Below are positions 26,201 through 41,200 of a stretch of DNA of 64,000 bases, piece by piece; the first letter of the stretch is position 1, and the number at the start of each line of letters is the position of its first letter. The position numbers and the translations under genes were made by a program. A model generated the notes under the pieces. The model searched no databases, was not told the DNA's origin, and was given only the letters and a program-made list of their open reading frames with translations. Source of the DNA: Balanoglossus misakiensis (Eukaryota; Animalia; Hemichordata). The stretch spans positions 9,289,918 through 9,353,917 of the forward strand of contig CM082595.2 in NCBI GenBank assembly GCA_040954595.2. Reading direction: 5' to 3'.

Positions 26201-29200
26201 GAAAATCATCAAAAAATGACAATTTTTTTACTGCAAAATCTCAAAATTTCATCGATTTTTGAAAAAAATCATGGGTGAAAATCATCAAAAAATGATAAAT
26301 TTTCGACTTTGCAAAATCTCAAAATTTCGTCGATTTTTGAAGAAAATCAAGGGTGAAAATCATCAAAAAATGACAAAATTTTCGACTTTGTAAAATCACA
26401 AAATTTCGTCGATTTTTGAAAAAAAATCATGGTTGAAAATCATCAAAAAATGACAAAATTTTCGACTTTGAAAAATCACAAAATTTCGTCGATTTTTGAA
26501 AAAAATCATGGGTGAAAATCATGAAAAAATGACAAATTTTGAAAAAAAAAACGGGTGAAAATCATCAAAAAATGACACATTTTCGACTTTGCAAAATCTC
26601 AACATTTAGTCGATTTTTGAAAAAAATCATGGTTGAAAATCATCAAAAAATGACAAAATTTTCGACTTTGCAAAATCTCAACATTTCGTCGATTTTTGAA
26701 AAAAATCATGGGTGAAAATCATCAAAAAATGACAAATTTTCGACTTTGCAAAATCTCAACATTTCGTCGATTTTTGAAAAAAATCATGGGTGAAAATCAT
26801 CAAAAAATGACAAATTTTCGACTTCGCAAAATCTCAAAATTTCGTCGATTTTTGAAAAAAATCATGGGTGAAAATCATCAAAAAATGACACATTTTCGAC
26901 TTTGCAAAATCTCAAAATTTCGTCGATTTTTGAAAAAAATCATGGGTGAAAATCATCAAAAAATGACACATTTTCGACTTTGCAAAATCTCAAAATTTCG
27001 TCGATTTTTGAAAAAAAATAATGGGTGAAAATCATCAAAAAATGACACATTTTCGACTTTGCAAAATCTCAAAATTTCGTCGATTTTTGAAAAAAAATCA
27101 TGGGTGAAAATCATCAAAAAATGACAAATTTTGAAAAAAAACGGGTGAAAATCATCAAAAAATGACACATTTTCGACTTTGCAAAATCTCAAAATTTCGT
27201 CGATTTTTGAAAAAAATCATGGGTGAAAATCATCAAAAAATGACAAATTTTCGTCTTTGCAAAATCTCAAAATTTCGTCCATTTTTGAAAAAAAATCATG
27301 GGGGAAAATCATCAAAAAATGACAAATTTTCGACTTTGCAAAATCTCAAAATTTCGTCGATTTTGAAAAAAACCATTGGGGGAAAATCATCAAAAAATGA
27401 CAAATTTACGATTTTGCAAAATCTCAAAATTTCGTCGATTTTTGAAAAAAAATCATGGTTGAAAATCATCAAAAAATGACAAAATTTTCGACTTTGCAAA
27501 ATCACAAAATTTCGTCTATTTTGAAAAAAATCATAGGTTCGTCGATTTTAAAAAAAAAACATGGGTGAAAATCATCAAAAAATGACACATTTTCGACTTT
27601 GCAAAATCTCAAAATTTCGTCGATTTTTGAAAAAAATCATGGGTGAATATCATCAAAAAATGACAAATTTTCGACTTTGCAAAATCTCAAAATTTCGTCG
27701 ATTTTTGAAAAAAATCATGGGTGAAAATCATGAAAAAATGACAAATTTTGAAAAAAAACCGGGTGAAAATCGTCAAAAAATGACACATTTTCGACTTTGC
27801 AAAATCTCAAAATTTCGTCGATTTTTGAAAAAAAATCATGGGTGAAAACCATCAAAAAATGACAAATTTTCGACTTTGCAAAATCTCAAAATTTCGTCGA
27901 TTTTTGAAAAAAATCATGGGTGAAAATCATCAAAAAATGACAAATTTTCGACTTTGCAAAATCTCAAAATTTCGTCGATTTTTGAAAAAAATCATGGGTG
28001 AAAATCATCAAAAAATGACACATTTTCGACTTTGCAAAATCTCAAAATTTCGTCGATTTTTGAAAAAAATCATGGGTGAAAATCATCAAAAAATGACACA
28101 TTTTCGACTTTGCAAAATCTCAAAATTTCGTCGATTTTTGAAAAAAAATAATGGGTGAAAATCATCAAAAAATGACACATTTTCGACTTTGCAAAATCTC
28201 AAAATTTCGTCGATTTTTGAAAAAAAATCATGGGTGAAAATCATCAAAAAATGACAAATTTTGAAAAAAAACGGGTGAAAATCATCAAAAAATGACACAT
28301 TTTCGACTTTGCAAAATCTCAAAATTTCGTCGATTTTTGAAAAAAAATCATGGGTGAAAATCATCAAAAAATGACAAATTTTCGTCTTTGCAAAATCTCA
28401 AAATTTCGTCCATTTTTGAAAAAAAATCATGGGGGAAAATCATCAAAAAATGACAAATTTTCGACTTTGCAAAATCTCAAAATTTCGTCGATTTTTGAAA
28501 AAAATCATGGGTGAAAATCATCAAAAAATGACACATTTTCGACTTTGCAAAATCTCAAAATTTCGTCGATTTTTGAAAAAAATCATGGGTGAAAATCATC
28601 AAAAAATGACACATTTTCGACTTTGCAAAATCTCAAAATTTCGTCGATTTTTGAAAAAAAATAATGGGTGAAAATCATCAAAAAATGACACATTTTCGAC
28701 TTTGCAAAATCTCAAAATTTCGTCGATTTTTGAAAAAAAATCATGGGTGAAAATCATCAAAAAATGACAAATTTTGAAAAAAAACGGGTGAAAATCATCA
28801 AAAAATGACACATTTTCGACTTTGCAAAATCTCAAAATTTCGTCGATTTTTGAAAAAAAATCATGGGTGAAAATCATCAAAAAATGACAAATTTTCGTCT
28901 TTGCAAAATCTCAAAATTTCGTCCATTTTTGAAAAAAAATCATGGGGGAAAATCATCAAAAAATGACAAATTTTCGACTTTGCAAAATCTCAAAATTTCG
29001 TCGATTTTGAAAAAAACCATTGGGGGAAAATCATCAAAAAATGACAAATTTACGATTTTGCAAAATCTCAAAATTTCGTCGATTTTTGAAAAAAAATCAT
29101 GGTTGAAAATCATCAAAAAATGACAAAATTTTCGACTTTGCAAAATCACAAAATTTCGTCTATTTTGAAAAAAATCATAGGTTCGTCGATTTTAAAAAAA

Positions 29201-32200
29201 AAACATGGGTGAAAATCATCAAAAAATGACACATTTTCGACTTTGCAAAATCTCAAAATTTCGTCGATTTTTGAAAAAAATCATGGGTGAATATCATCAA
29301 AAAATGACAAATTTTCGACTTTGCAAAATCTCAAAATTTCGTCGATTTTTGAAAAAAATCATGGGTGAAAATCATGAAAAAATGACAAATTTTGAAAAAA
29401 AACCGGGTGAAAATCGTCAAAAAATGACACATTTTCGACTTTGCAAAATCTCAAAATTTCGTCGATTTTTGAAAAAAAATCATGGGTGAAAACCATCAAA
29501 AAATGACAAATTTTCGACTTTGCAAAATCTCAAAATTTCGTCGATTTTTGAAAAAAATCATGGGTGAAAATCATCAAAAAATGACAAATTTTCGACTTTG
29601 CAAAATCTCAAAATTTCGTCGATTTTTGAAGAAAATCATGGGTGAAAATCATCAAAAAATGACAAATTTTCGACTTTGCAAAATCTCAAAATTTCGTCGA
29701 TTTTTGAAAAAAATCATGGGGGAAAATCATCAAAAAATTACAAATTTTCGACTGCAAAATCTCAAAATTTCGTCGATTTTTGAAAAAATCATGGGTGAAA
29801 ATCATGAAAAAATGACAAATTTTCGACTTTGCAAAATCTGAAAATTTCGTCGATTTTTGAAAAAAATCATGGGGGAAAATGATCAAAAAATGACAAATTT
29901 TCGACTGCAAAATCTCAAAATTTCGTCAATTTTGAAAAAAATCATGGGTGAAAATCATCAAAAAATGACAATTTTTTTACTGCAAAATCTCAAAATTTCA
30001 TCGATTTTTGAAAAAAATCATGGGTGAAAATCATCAAAAAATGATAAATTTTCGACTTTGCAAAATCTCAAAATTTCGTCGATTTTTGAAGAAAATCAAG
30101 GGTGAAAATCATCAAAAAATGACACATTTTCGACTTTGCAAAATCTCAAAATTTCGTCGATTTTTGAAAAAAAATCATGGGTGAAAACCATCAAAAAATG
30201 ACAAATTTTCGACTTTGCAAAAATCTCAAAATTTCGTCGATTTTTGAAGAAAATCATGGGTGAAAATCATCAAAAAATGATAAATTTTCGACTTTGCAAA
30301 ATCTCAAAATTTCGTCGATTTTTGAAGAAAATCAAGGGTGAAAATCATCAAAAAATGACAAAATTTTCGACTTTGTAAAATCACAAAATTTCGTCGATTT
30401 TTGAAAAAAAATCATGAATGAAAATCATCAAAAAATGACAAAATTTTCGACTTTGAAAAATCACAAAATTTCGTCGATTTTTGAAAAAAAATCATGGGTG
30501 AAAATCATGAAAAAATGACAAATTTTGAAAAAAAACCGGGTGAAATCATCAAAAAATGACACATTTTCGACTTTGCAAAATCTCAAAATTTCGTCGATTT
30601 TTGAAAAAAATCATGGGGGAAAATCATCAAAAAATTACAAATTTTCGACTGCAAAATCTCAAAATTTCGTCGATTTTTGAAAAAATCATGGGTGAAAATC
30701 ATGAAAAAATGACAAATTTTCGACTTTGCAAAATCTGAAAATTTCGTCGATTTTTGAAAAAAATCATGGGGGAAAATGATCAAAAAATGACAAATTTTCG
30801 ACTGCAAAATCTTAAAATTTCGTCAATTTTGAAAAAAATCATGGGTGAAAATCATCAAAAAATGACAATTTTTTTAACTGCAAAATCTCAAAATTTCATC
30901 GATTTTTGAAAAAAATCATGGGTGAAAATCATCAAAAAATGATAAATTTTCGACTTTGCAAAATCTCAAAATTTCGTCGATTTTTGAAGAAAATCAAGGG
31001 TGAAAATCATCAAAAAATGACAAAATTTTCGACTTTGTAAAATCACAAAATTTCGTCGATTTTTGAAAAAAATCATGGTTGAAAATCATCAAAAAATGAC
31101 AAAATTTTCGACTTTGAAAATCACAAAATTTCGTCGATTTTTGAAAAAAATCATGGGTGAAAATCATGAAAAAATGACAAATTTTGAAAAAAAAACGGGT
31201 GAAAATCATCAAAAATGACACATTTTCGACTTTGCAAAATCTCAACATTTCGTCGATTTTTTAAAAAAAATTGTTGAAAATCATCAAAAAATGACAAATT
31301 TTCGACTTCGCAAAATCTCAAAATTTCGTCGATTTTTGAAAAAAATCATGGGTGAAAATCATCAAAAAATGACACATTTTCGACTTTGCAAAATCTCAAA
31401 ATTTCGTCGATTTTTGAAAAAAAATCATGGGTGAAAATCATCAAAAAATGACAAATTTTGAAAAAAAACGGGTGAAAATCATCAAAAAATGACACATTTT
31501 CGACTTTGCAAAATCTCAAAATTTCGTCGATTTTTGAAGAAAATCATGGGTGAAAATCATCAAAAAATGACAAATTTTCGACTTTGCAAAATCTCAAAAT
31601 TTCGTCGATTTTTGAAAAAAATCATGGGGAAAATCATCAAAAAATTACAAATTTTCGACTGCAAAATCTCAAAATTTCGTCGATTTTTGAAAAAATCATG
31701 GGTGAAAATCATGAAAAAATGACAAATTTTCGACTTTGCAAAATCTGAAAATTTCGTCGATTTTTGAAAAAAATCATGGGGGAAAATGATCAAAAAATGA
31801 CAAATTTTCGACTGCAAAATCTCAAAATTTCGTCAATTTTGAAAAAAATCATGGGTGAAAATCATCAAAAAATGACAATTTTTTACTGCAAAATCTCAAA
31901 ATTTCATCGATTTTTTGAAAAAAATCATGGGTGAAAATCATCAAAAATGATAAATTTTCGACTTTGCAAAATCTCAAAATTTCGTCGATTTTTGAAGAAA
32001 ATCAAGGGTGAAAATCATCAAAAAATGACAAAAATTTCGACTTTGTAAAATCTCAAAATTTCGTCGATTTTTGAAGAAAATCAAGGGTGAAAATCATCAA
32101 AAAATGACAAATTTTCGACTTTGCAAAATCTGAAAATTTCGTCGATTTTTGAAAAAAATCATGGGTGAAAATCATGAAAAAATGACAAATTTTAAAAAAA

Positions 32201-35200
32201 ACGGGTGAAAATCATCAAAAATGACACATTTTCGACTTTGCAAAATCTCAACATTTAGTCGATTTTTGAAAAAAATCATGGTTGAAAATCATCAAAAAAT
32301 GACAAAATTTTCGACTTTGCAAAATCTCAACATTTCGTCGATTTTTGAAAAAAATCATGGGTGAAAAATCATCAAAAAATGACAAATTTTCGACTTTGCA
32401 AAATCTCAACATTTCGTCGATTTTTGAAAAAAATCATGGGTGAAATCATCAAAAATGACACATTTTCGACTTTTGCAAAATCTCAAAATTTCGTCGATTT
32501 TTGAAAAAAATCATGGGTGAAAATCATCAAAAAATGACACATTTTCGACTTTGCAAAATCTCAAATTTCGTCGATTTTTGAAAAAAAATCATGGGTGAAA
32601 ATTCATCAAAAAATGACAATTTTGAAAAAAAAACGGGTGAAAATCATCAAAAAATGACACATTTTCGACTTTGCAAAATCTCAAAATTTCGTCGATTTTT
32701 GAAAAAAAATCATGGGTGAAAATCATCAAAAAATGACAAATTTTCGTCTTTGCAAAATCTCAAAATTTCGTCCATTTTTGAAAAAAAATCATGGGGGAAA
32801 ATCATCAAAAAATGACAAATTTTCGACTTTGCAAAATCTCAAATTTTCGTCGATTTTGAAAAAAATCATGGGTGAAAATCATCAAAAAATGACAAATTTT
32901 CGACTTTGCAAAATCTCAAAATTTCGTCGATTTTTGAAGAAAATCATGGGTGAAAATCATCAAAAAATGACAAATTTTCGACTTTGCAAAATCTCAAATT
33001 TCGTCGATTTTGAAAAAAATCATGGGGGAAAATCATCAAAAAATTACAAATTTTCGACTGCAAAATCTCAAAATTTCGTCGATTTTTGAAAAAATCATGG
33101 GTGAAAATCATGAAAAAATGACAAATTTTCGACTTTGCAAAATCTGAAAATTTCGTCGATTTTTGAAAAAAATCATGGGGGAAAATGATCAAAAAATGAC
33201 AAATTTTCGACTGCAAAAATCTCAAAATTTCGTCAAATTTTGAAAAAAATCATGGGTGAAAATCATCAAAAATGACAATTTTTTACTGCAAAATCTCAAA
33301 ATTTCATCGATTTTTGAAAAAAATCATGGGTGAAAATCATCAAAAATGATAAATTTTCGACTTTGCAAAATCTCAAAATTTCGTCGATTTTTGAAGAAAA
33401 TCAAGGGTGAAAATCATCAAAAATGACACATTTTCGACTTTGCAAAATCTCAAAATTTCGTCGATTTTTGAAAAAAAATCATGGGTGAAAACCATCAAAA
33501 ATGACAAATTTTCGACTTTGCAAAATCTCAAAATTTCGTCGATTTTTGAAGAAAATCATGGGTGAAAATCATCAAAAAATGATAAATTTTCGACTTTGCA
33601 AAATCTCAAAATTTCGTCGATTTTTGAAGAAAATCAAGGGTGAAAATCATCAAAAAATGACAAAATTTTCGACTTTGTAAAATCACAAAATTTCGTCGAT
33701 TTTTGAAAAAAAATCATGAATGAAAATCATCAAAAAATGACAAAATTTTCGACTTTGAAAAATCACAAAATTTCGTCGATTTTTGAAAAAAAATCATGGG
33801 TGAAAATCATGAAAAAATGACAAATTTTGAAAAAAAACCGGGTGAAAATCATCAAAAATGACACATTTTCGACTTTGCAAAATCTCAACATTTAGTCGAT
33901 TTTTGAAAAAAATCATGGTTGAAAATCATCAAAAAATGACAAAATTTTCGACTTTGCAAAATCTCAACATTTCGTCGATTTTTGAAAAAAAATCATGGGT
34001 GAAAATCATCAAAAAATGACAAATTTTCGACTTTGCAAAATCTCAACATTTCGTCGATTTTTGAAAAAAATCATGGGTGAAAATCATCAAAAAATGACAC
34101 ATTTTCGACTTTGCAAAATCTCAAAATTTCGTCGATTTTTGAAAAAAAAATCATGGGTGAAAATCATCAAAAAATGACAAATTTTGAAAAAAAACGGGTG
34201 AAAATCATCAAAAAATGACACATTTTCGACTTTGCAAAATCTCAAAATTTCGTCGATTTTTGAAGAAAATCATGGGTGAAAATCATCAAAAAATGACAAA
34301 TTTTCGACTTTGCAAAATCTCAAAATTTCGTCGATTTTTGAAAAAAATCATGGGGGAAAATCATCAAAAAATTACAAATTTTCGACTGCAAAATCTCAAA
34401 ATTTCGTCGATTTTTGAAAAAATCATGGGTGAAAATCATGAAAAAATGACAAATTTTCGACTTTGCAAAATCTGAAAATTTCGTCGATTTTTGAAAAAAA
34501 TCATGGGGGAAAATGATCAAAAAATGACAAATTTTCGACTGCAAAATCTCAAAATTTCGTCAATTTTGAAAAAAATCATGGGTGAAAATCATCAAAAAAT
34601 GACAATTTTTTTACTGCAAAATCTCAAAATTTCATCGATTTTTGAAAAAAATCATGGGTGAAAATCATCAAAAAATGACAAATTTTCGACTTTGCAAAAT
34701 CTCAAAATTTCGTCGATTTTTGAAGAAAATCATGGGTGAAAATCATCAAAAAATGACAAATTTTCGACTTTGCAAAATCTCAAAATTTCGTCGATTTTTG
34801 AAAAAAATCATGGGGGAAAATCATCAAAAAATTACAAATTTTCGACTGCAAAATCTCAAAATTTCGTCGATTTTTGAAAAAATCATGGGTGAAAATCATG
34901 AAAAAATGACAAATTTTCGACTTTGCAAAATCTCAAAATTTCGTCGATTTTTGAAAAAAAATCATGGGTGAAAATCATCAAAAAATGACAAATTTTGAAA
35001 AAAAACGGGTGAAAATCATCAAAAAATGACACATTTTCGACTTTGCAAAATCTCAAAATTTCGTCGATTTTTGAAGAAAATCATGGGTGAAAATCATCAA
35101 AAAATGACAAATTTTCGACTTTGCAAAAATCTCAAATTTCGTCGATTTTTGAAAAAATCATGGGGGAAAATCATCAAAATTACAAATTTCGACTGCAAAA

Positions 35201-38200
35201 TCTCAAAATTTCGTCGATTTTTGAAAAAATCATGGGTGAAAATCATGAAAAAATGACAAATTTTCGACTTTGCAAAATCTGAAAATTTCGTCGATTTTTG
35301 AAAAAAATCATGGGGGAAAATGATCAAAAAATGACAAATTTTCGACTGCAAAATCTCAAAATTTCGTCAATTTTGAAAAAAATCATGGGTGAAAATCATC
35401 AAAAAATGACAATTTTTTTACTGCAAAATCTCAAAATTTCATCGATTTTTGAAAAAAATCATGGGTGAAAATCATCAAAAAATGACAAATTTTCGACTTT
35501 GCAAAATCTCAAAATTTCGTCGATTTTTGAAGAAAATCATGGGTGAAAATCATCAAAAAATGACAAATTTTCGACTTTGCAAAATCTCAAAATTTCGTCG
35601 ATTTTTGAAAAAAATCATGGGGGAAAATCATCAAAAAATTACAAATTTTCGACTGCAAAATCTCAAAATTTCGTCGATTTTTGAAAAAATCATGGGTGAA
35701 AATCATGAAAAAATGACAAATTTTCGACTTTGCAAAATCTAAAAATTTCGTCGATTTTTGAAAAAAATCATGGGGGAAAATGATCAAAAAATGACAAATT
35801 TTCGACTGCAAAATCTCAAAATTTCGTCAATTTTGAAAAAAATCATGGGTGAAAATCATCAAAAAATGACAATTTTTTTACTGCAAAATCTCAAAATTTC
35901 ATCGATTTTTGAAAAAAATCATGGGTGAAAATCATCAAAAAATGATAAATTTTCGACTTTGCAAAATCTCAAAATTTCGTCGATTTTTGAAGAAAATCAA
36001 GGGTGAAAATCATCAAAAATGACACATTTTCGACTTTGCAAAATCTCAAAATTTCGTCGATTTTTGAAAAAAAATCATGGGTGAAAACCATCAAAAATGA
36101 CAAATTTTCGACTTTGCAAAATCTCAAAATTTCGTCGATTTTTGAAGAAAATCATGGGTGAAAATCATCAAAAAATGATAAATTTTCGACTTTGCAAAAT
36201 CTCAAAATTTCGTCGATTTTTGAAGAAAATCAAGGGTGAAAATCATCAAAAATGACAAAATTTTCGACTTTGTAAAATCACAAAATTTCGTCGATTTTTG
36301 AAAAAAAATCATGAATGAAAATCATCAAAAAATGACAAAATTTTCGACTTTGAAAAATCACAAAATTTCGTCGATTTTTGAAAAAAAATCATGGGTGAAA
36401 ATCATGAAAAAATGACAAATTTTGAAAAAAAACCGGGTGAAAATCATCAAAAAATGACACATTTTCGACTTTGCAAAATCTCAACATTTAGTCGATTTTT
36501 GAAAAAAATCATGGTTGAAAATCATCAAAAAATGACAAAATTTTCGACTTTGCAAAATCTCAACATTTCGTCGATTTTTGAAAAAAAATCATGGGTGAAA
36601 ATCATCAAAAAATGACAAATTTTCGACTTTGCAAAATCTCAACATTTCGTCGATTTTTGAAAAAAATCATGGGTGAAAATCATCAAAAAATGACAAATTT
36701 TCGACTTCGCAAAATCTCAAAATTTCGTCGATTTTTGAAAAAAATCATGGGTGAAAATCATCAAAAAATGACACATTTTCGACTTTGCAAAATCTCAAAA
36801 TTTCGTCGATTTTTGAAAAAAAATCATGGGTGAAAATCATCAAAAAATGACAAATTTTGAAAAAAAACGGGTGAAAATCATCAAAAAATGACACATTTTC
36901 GACTTTGCAAAATCTCAAAATTTCGTCGATTTTTGAAGAAAATCATGGGTGAAAATCATCAAAAAATGACAAATTTTCGACTTTGCAAAATCTCAAAATT
37001 TCGTCGATTTTTGAAAAAAATCATGGGGGAAAATCATCAAAAAATTACAAATTTTCGACTGCAAAATCTCAAAATTTCGTCGATTTTTGAAAAAATCATG
37101 GGTGAAAATCATGAAAAAATGACAAATTTTCGACTTTGCAAAATCTGAAAATTTCGTCGATTTTTGAAAAAAATCATGGGGGAAAATGATCAAAAAATGA
37201 CAAATTTTCGACTGCAAAATCTCAAAATTTCGTCAATTTTGAAAAAAATCATGGGTGAAAATCATCAAAAAATGACAATTTTTTTACTGCAAAATCTCAA
37301 AATTTCATCGATTTTTGAAAAAAATCATGGGTGAAAATCATCAAAAAATGATAAATTTTCGACTTTGCAAAATCTCAAAATTTCGTCGATTTTTGAAGAA
37401 AATCAAGGGTGAAAATCATCAAAAAATGACAAAATTTTCGACTTTGTAAAATCACAAAATTTCGTCGATTTTTGAAAAAAAATCATGGTTGAAAATCATC
37501 AAAAAATGACAAAATTTTCGACTTTGAAAAATCACAAAATTTCGTCGATTTTTGAAAAAAATCATGGGTGAAAATCATGAAAAAATGACAAATTTTGAAA
37601 AAAAAACGGTGAAAATCATCAAAAAATGACACATTTTCGACTTTGCAAAATCTCAACATTTCGTCGATTTTTTAAAAAAAATTGTTGAAAATCATCAAAA
37701 AATGACAAATTTTCGACTTCGCAAAATCTCAAAATTTCGTCGATTTTTCGTCGATTTTTGAAAAAAATCATGGGTGAAAATCATCAAAAAATGACACATT
37801 TTCGACTTTGCAAAATCTCAAAATTTCGTCGATTTTTGAAAAAAAATCATGGGTGAAAATCATCAAAAAATGACAAATTTTGAAAAAAAACGGGTGAAAA
37901 TCATCAAAAAATGACACATTTTCGACTTTGCAAAATCTCAAAATTTCGTCGATTTTTGAAAAAAAAATCATGGGTGAAAATCATCAAAAAATGACAAATT
38001 TTGAAAAAAAACGGGTGAAAATCATCAAAAAATGACACATTTTCGACTTTGCAAAATCTCAAAATTTCGTCGATTTTTGAAGAAAATCATGGGTGAAAAT
38101 CATCAAAAAATGACAAATTTTCGACTTTGCAAAATCTCAAAATTTCGTCGATTTTTGAAAAAAATCATGGGGGAAAATCATCAAAAAATTACAAATTTTC

Positions 38201-41200
38201 GACTGCAAAATCTCAAAATTTCGTCGATTTTTTGAAAAATCATGGGTGAAAATCATGAAAAAATGACAAATTTTCGACTTTGCAAAATCTGAAAATTTCG
38301 TCGATTTTTGAAAAAAATCATGGGGGAAAATGATCAAAAAATGACAAATTTTCGACTGCAAAATCTTAAAATTTCGTCAATTTTGAAAAAAATCATGGGT
38401 GAAAATCATCAAAAAATGACAATTTTTTTACTGCAAAATCTCAAAATTTCATCGATTTTTGAAAAAAATCATGGGTGAAAATCATCAAAAAATGATAAAT
38501 TTTCGACTTTGCAAAATCTCAAAATTTCGTCGATTTTTTGAAGAAAATCAAGGGTGAAAATCATCAAAAAATGACAAAATTTTCGACTTTGTAAAATCAC
38601 AAAATTTCGTCGATTTTTGAAAAAAAAATCATGGTTGAAAATCATCAAAAAATGACAAAATTTTCGACTTTGAAAATCACAAAAATTTCGTCGATTTTTG
38701 AAAAAATCATGGGTGAAAATCATGAAAAAATGACAAATTTTGAAAAAAAAACGGGTGAAAATCATCAAAAAATGACACATTTTCGACTTTGCAAAATCTC
38801 AACATTTCGTCGATTTTTAAAAAAAATTGTTGAAAATCATCAAAAAATGACAAATTTTCGACTTCGCAAAATCTCAAAATTTCGTCGATTTTTGAAAAAA
38901 TCATGGGTGAAAATCATCAAAAAATGACACATTTTCGACTTTGCAAAATCTCAAAATTTCGTCGATTTTTGAAAAAAAATCATGGGTGAAAATCATCAAA
39001 AAATGACAAATTTTGAAAAAAAACGGGTGAAAATCATCAAAAAATGACACATTTTCGACTTTGCAAAATCTCAAAATTTCGTCGATTTTTGAAGAAAATC
39101 ATGGGTGAAAATCATCAAAAAATGACAATTTTTTTACTGCAAAATCTCAAAATTTCATCGATTTTTGAAAAAAATCATGGGTGAAAATCATCAAAAAATG
39201 ATAAATTTTCGACTTTGCAAAATCTCAAAATTTCGTCGATTTTTGAAGAAAATCAAGGGTGAAAATCATCAAAAAATGACAAAATTTTCGACTTTGTAAA
39301 ATCACAAAATTTCGTCGATTTTTGAAAAAAAATCATGGTTGAAAATCATCAAAAAATGACAAAATTTTCGACTTTGAAAAATCACAAAATTTCGTCGATT
39401 TTTGAAAAAAATCATGGGTGAAAATCATGAAAAAATGACAAATTTTGAAAAAAAAACGGGTGAAAATCATCAAAAAATGACACATTTTCGACTTTGCAAA
39501 ATCTCAAAATTTCGTCGATTTTTGAAAAAAAATCATGGGTGAAAATCATCAAAAAATGACAAATTTTGAAAAAAAAAACGGGTGAAAATCATCAAAAAAT
39601 GACAAATTTACGACTTTGCAAAATCTCAAAATTTCGTCGATTTTTGAAAAAAATCATGGGTGAAAATCATCAAAAAATGACAAATTTTCGACTTTGCAAA
39701 ATCTCAAAATTTCGTCCATTTTTTGAAAAAAAATCATGGGTGAAAATCATCAAAAATGACAAATTTTCGACTTTGCAAAATCTCAAAAATTTCGTCGATT
39801 TTTGAAAAAAATCATGGGGGAAAATCATCAAAAAATTACAAATTTTCGACTGCAAAATCTCAAAATTTCGTCGATTTTTGAAAAAATCATGGGTGAAAAT
39901 CATGAAAAAATGACAAATTTTCGACTTTGCAAAATCTGAAATTTCGTCGATTTTTGAAAAAAATCATGGGGGAAAATGATCAAAAAAATGACAAATTTTC
40001 GACTGCAAAATCTCAAAATTTCGTCAATTTTGAAAAAAATCATGGGTGAAAATCATCAAAAAATGACAATTTTTTTACTGCAAAATCTCAAATTTCATCG
40101 ATTTTTGAAAAAAATCATGGGTGAAAATCATCAAAAAATGATAAATTTTCGACTTTGCAAAATCTCAAAATTTCGTCGATTTTTGAAGAAAATCAAGGGT
40201 GAAAATCATCAAAAAATGACAAATTTTCGACTTTGCAAAATCTGAAAATTTCGTCGATTTTTGAAAAAAATCATGGGGGAAAATGATCAAAAAATGACAA
40301 ATTTTCGACTGCAAAATCTCAAAATTTCGTCAATTTTGAAAAAAATCATGGGTGAAAATCATCAAAAAATGACAATTTTTTTACTGCAAAATCTCAAAAT
40401 TTCATCGATTTTTGAAAAAATCATGGGTGAAAATCATCAAAAAATGATAAATTTTCGACTTTGCAAAATCTCAAAATTTCGTCGATTTTTGAAGAAAATC
40501 AAGGGTGAAAATCATCAAAAAATGACAAAATTTTCGACTTTGCAAAATCTCAAAATTTCGTCGATTTTTGAAAAAATCATGGGGAAAATGATCAAAAAAT
40601 GACAAAATTTTCGACTGCAAAAACTCAAAATTTCGTCAATTTTGAAAAAATCATGGGTGAAAATCATCAAAAAATGACAAATTTTCCTCTTTGCAAAATC
40701 TATAAATTTCGTCGATTTTTGAAAAATTTTCAACTTTGCAAAATCTCAAAATTTCGGTCGATTTTTGAAAAAAATCATGGGAGAAAATCATCAAAAAATG
40801 ACAAATTTTTGACTGAAAAATCTCAAATTTTCGTCGATTTTAAAAAAAAATTGTTGAAAATCATCAAAAAATGACAAATTTTTGACTTTGCAAAATCTCA
40901 AAATTTCGTCAATTTTTGAAAAAAATCATGGGTGAAAAATCATCAAAAAATGACAAATTTTCGACTTTGCAAAATCTCAAATTTTCGTCGATTTTTGAAA
41001 AAAATCATGGGGGAAAATGATCAAAAAATGACAAATTTTCGACTGCAAAATTTCAAAATTTCGTCAATTTTGAAAAAATCATGGGTGAAAATCATCAATT
41101 TATGACAAATTTTCGACTGCAAAAACTCAAAATTTCATCAATTTTGAAAAAAATCATGGGTGAAAATCATCAAAAAATGACAAATTTTCCTCTTTGCAAA

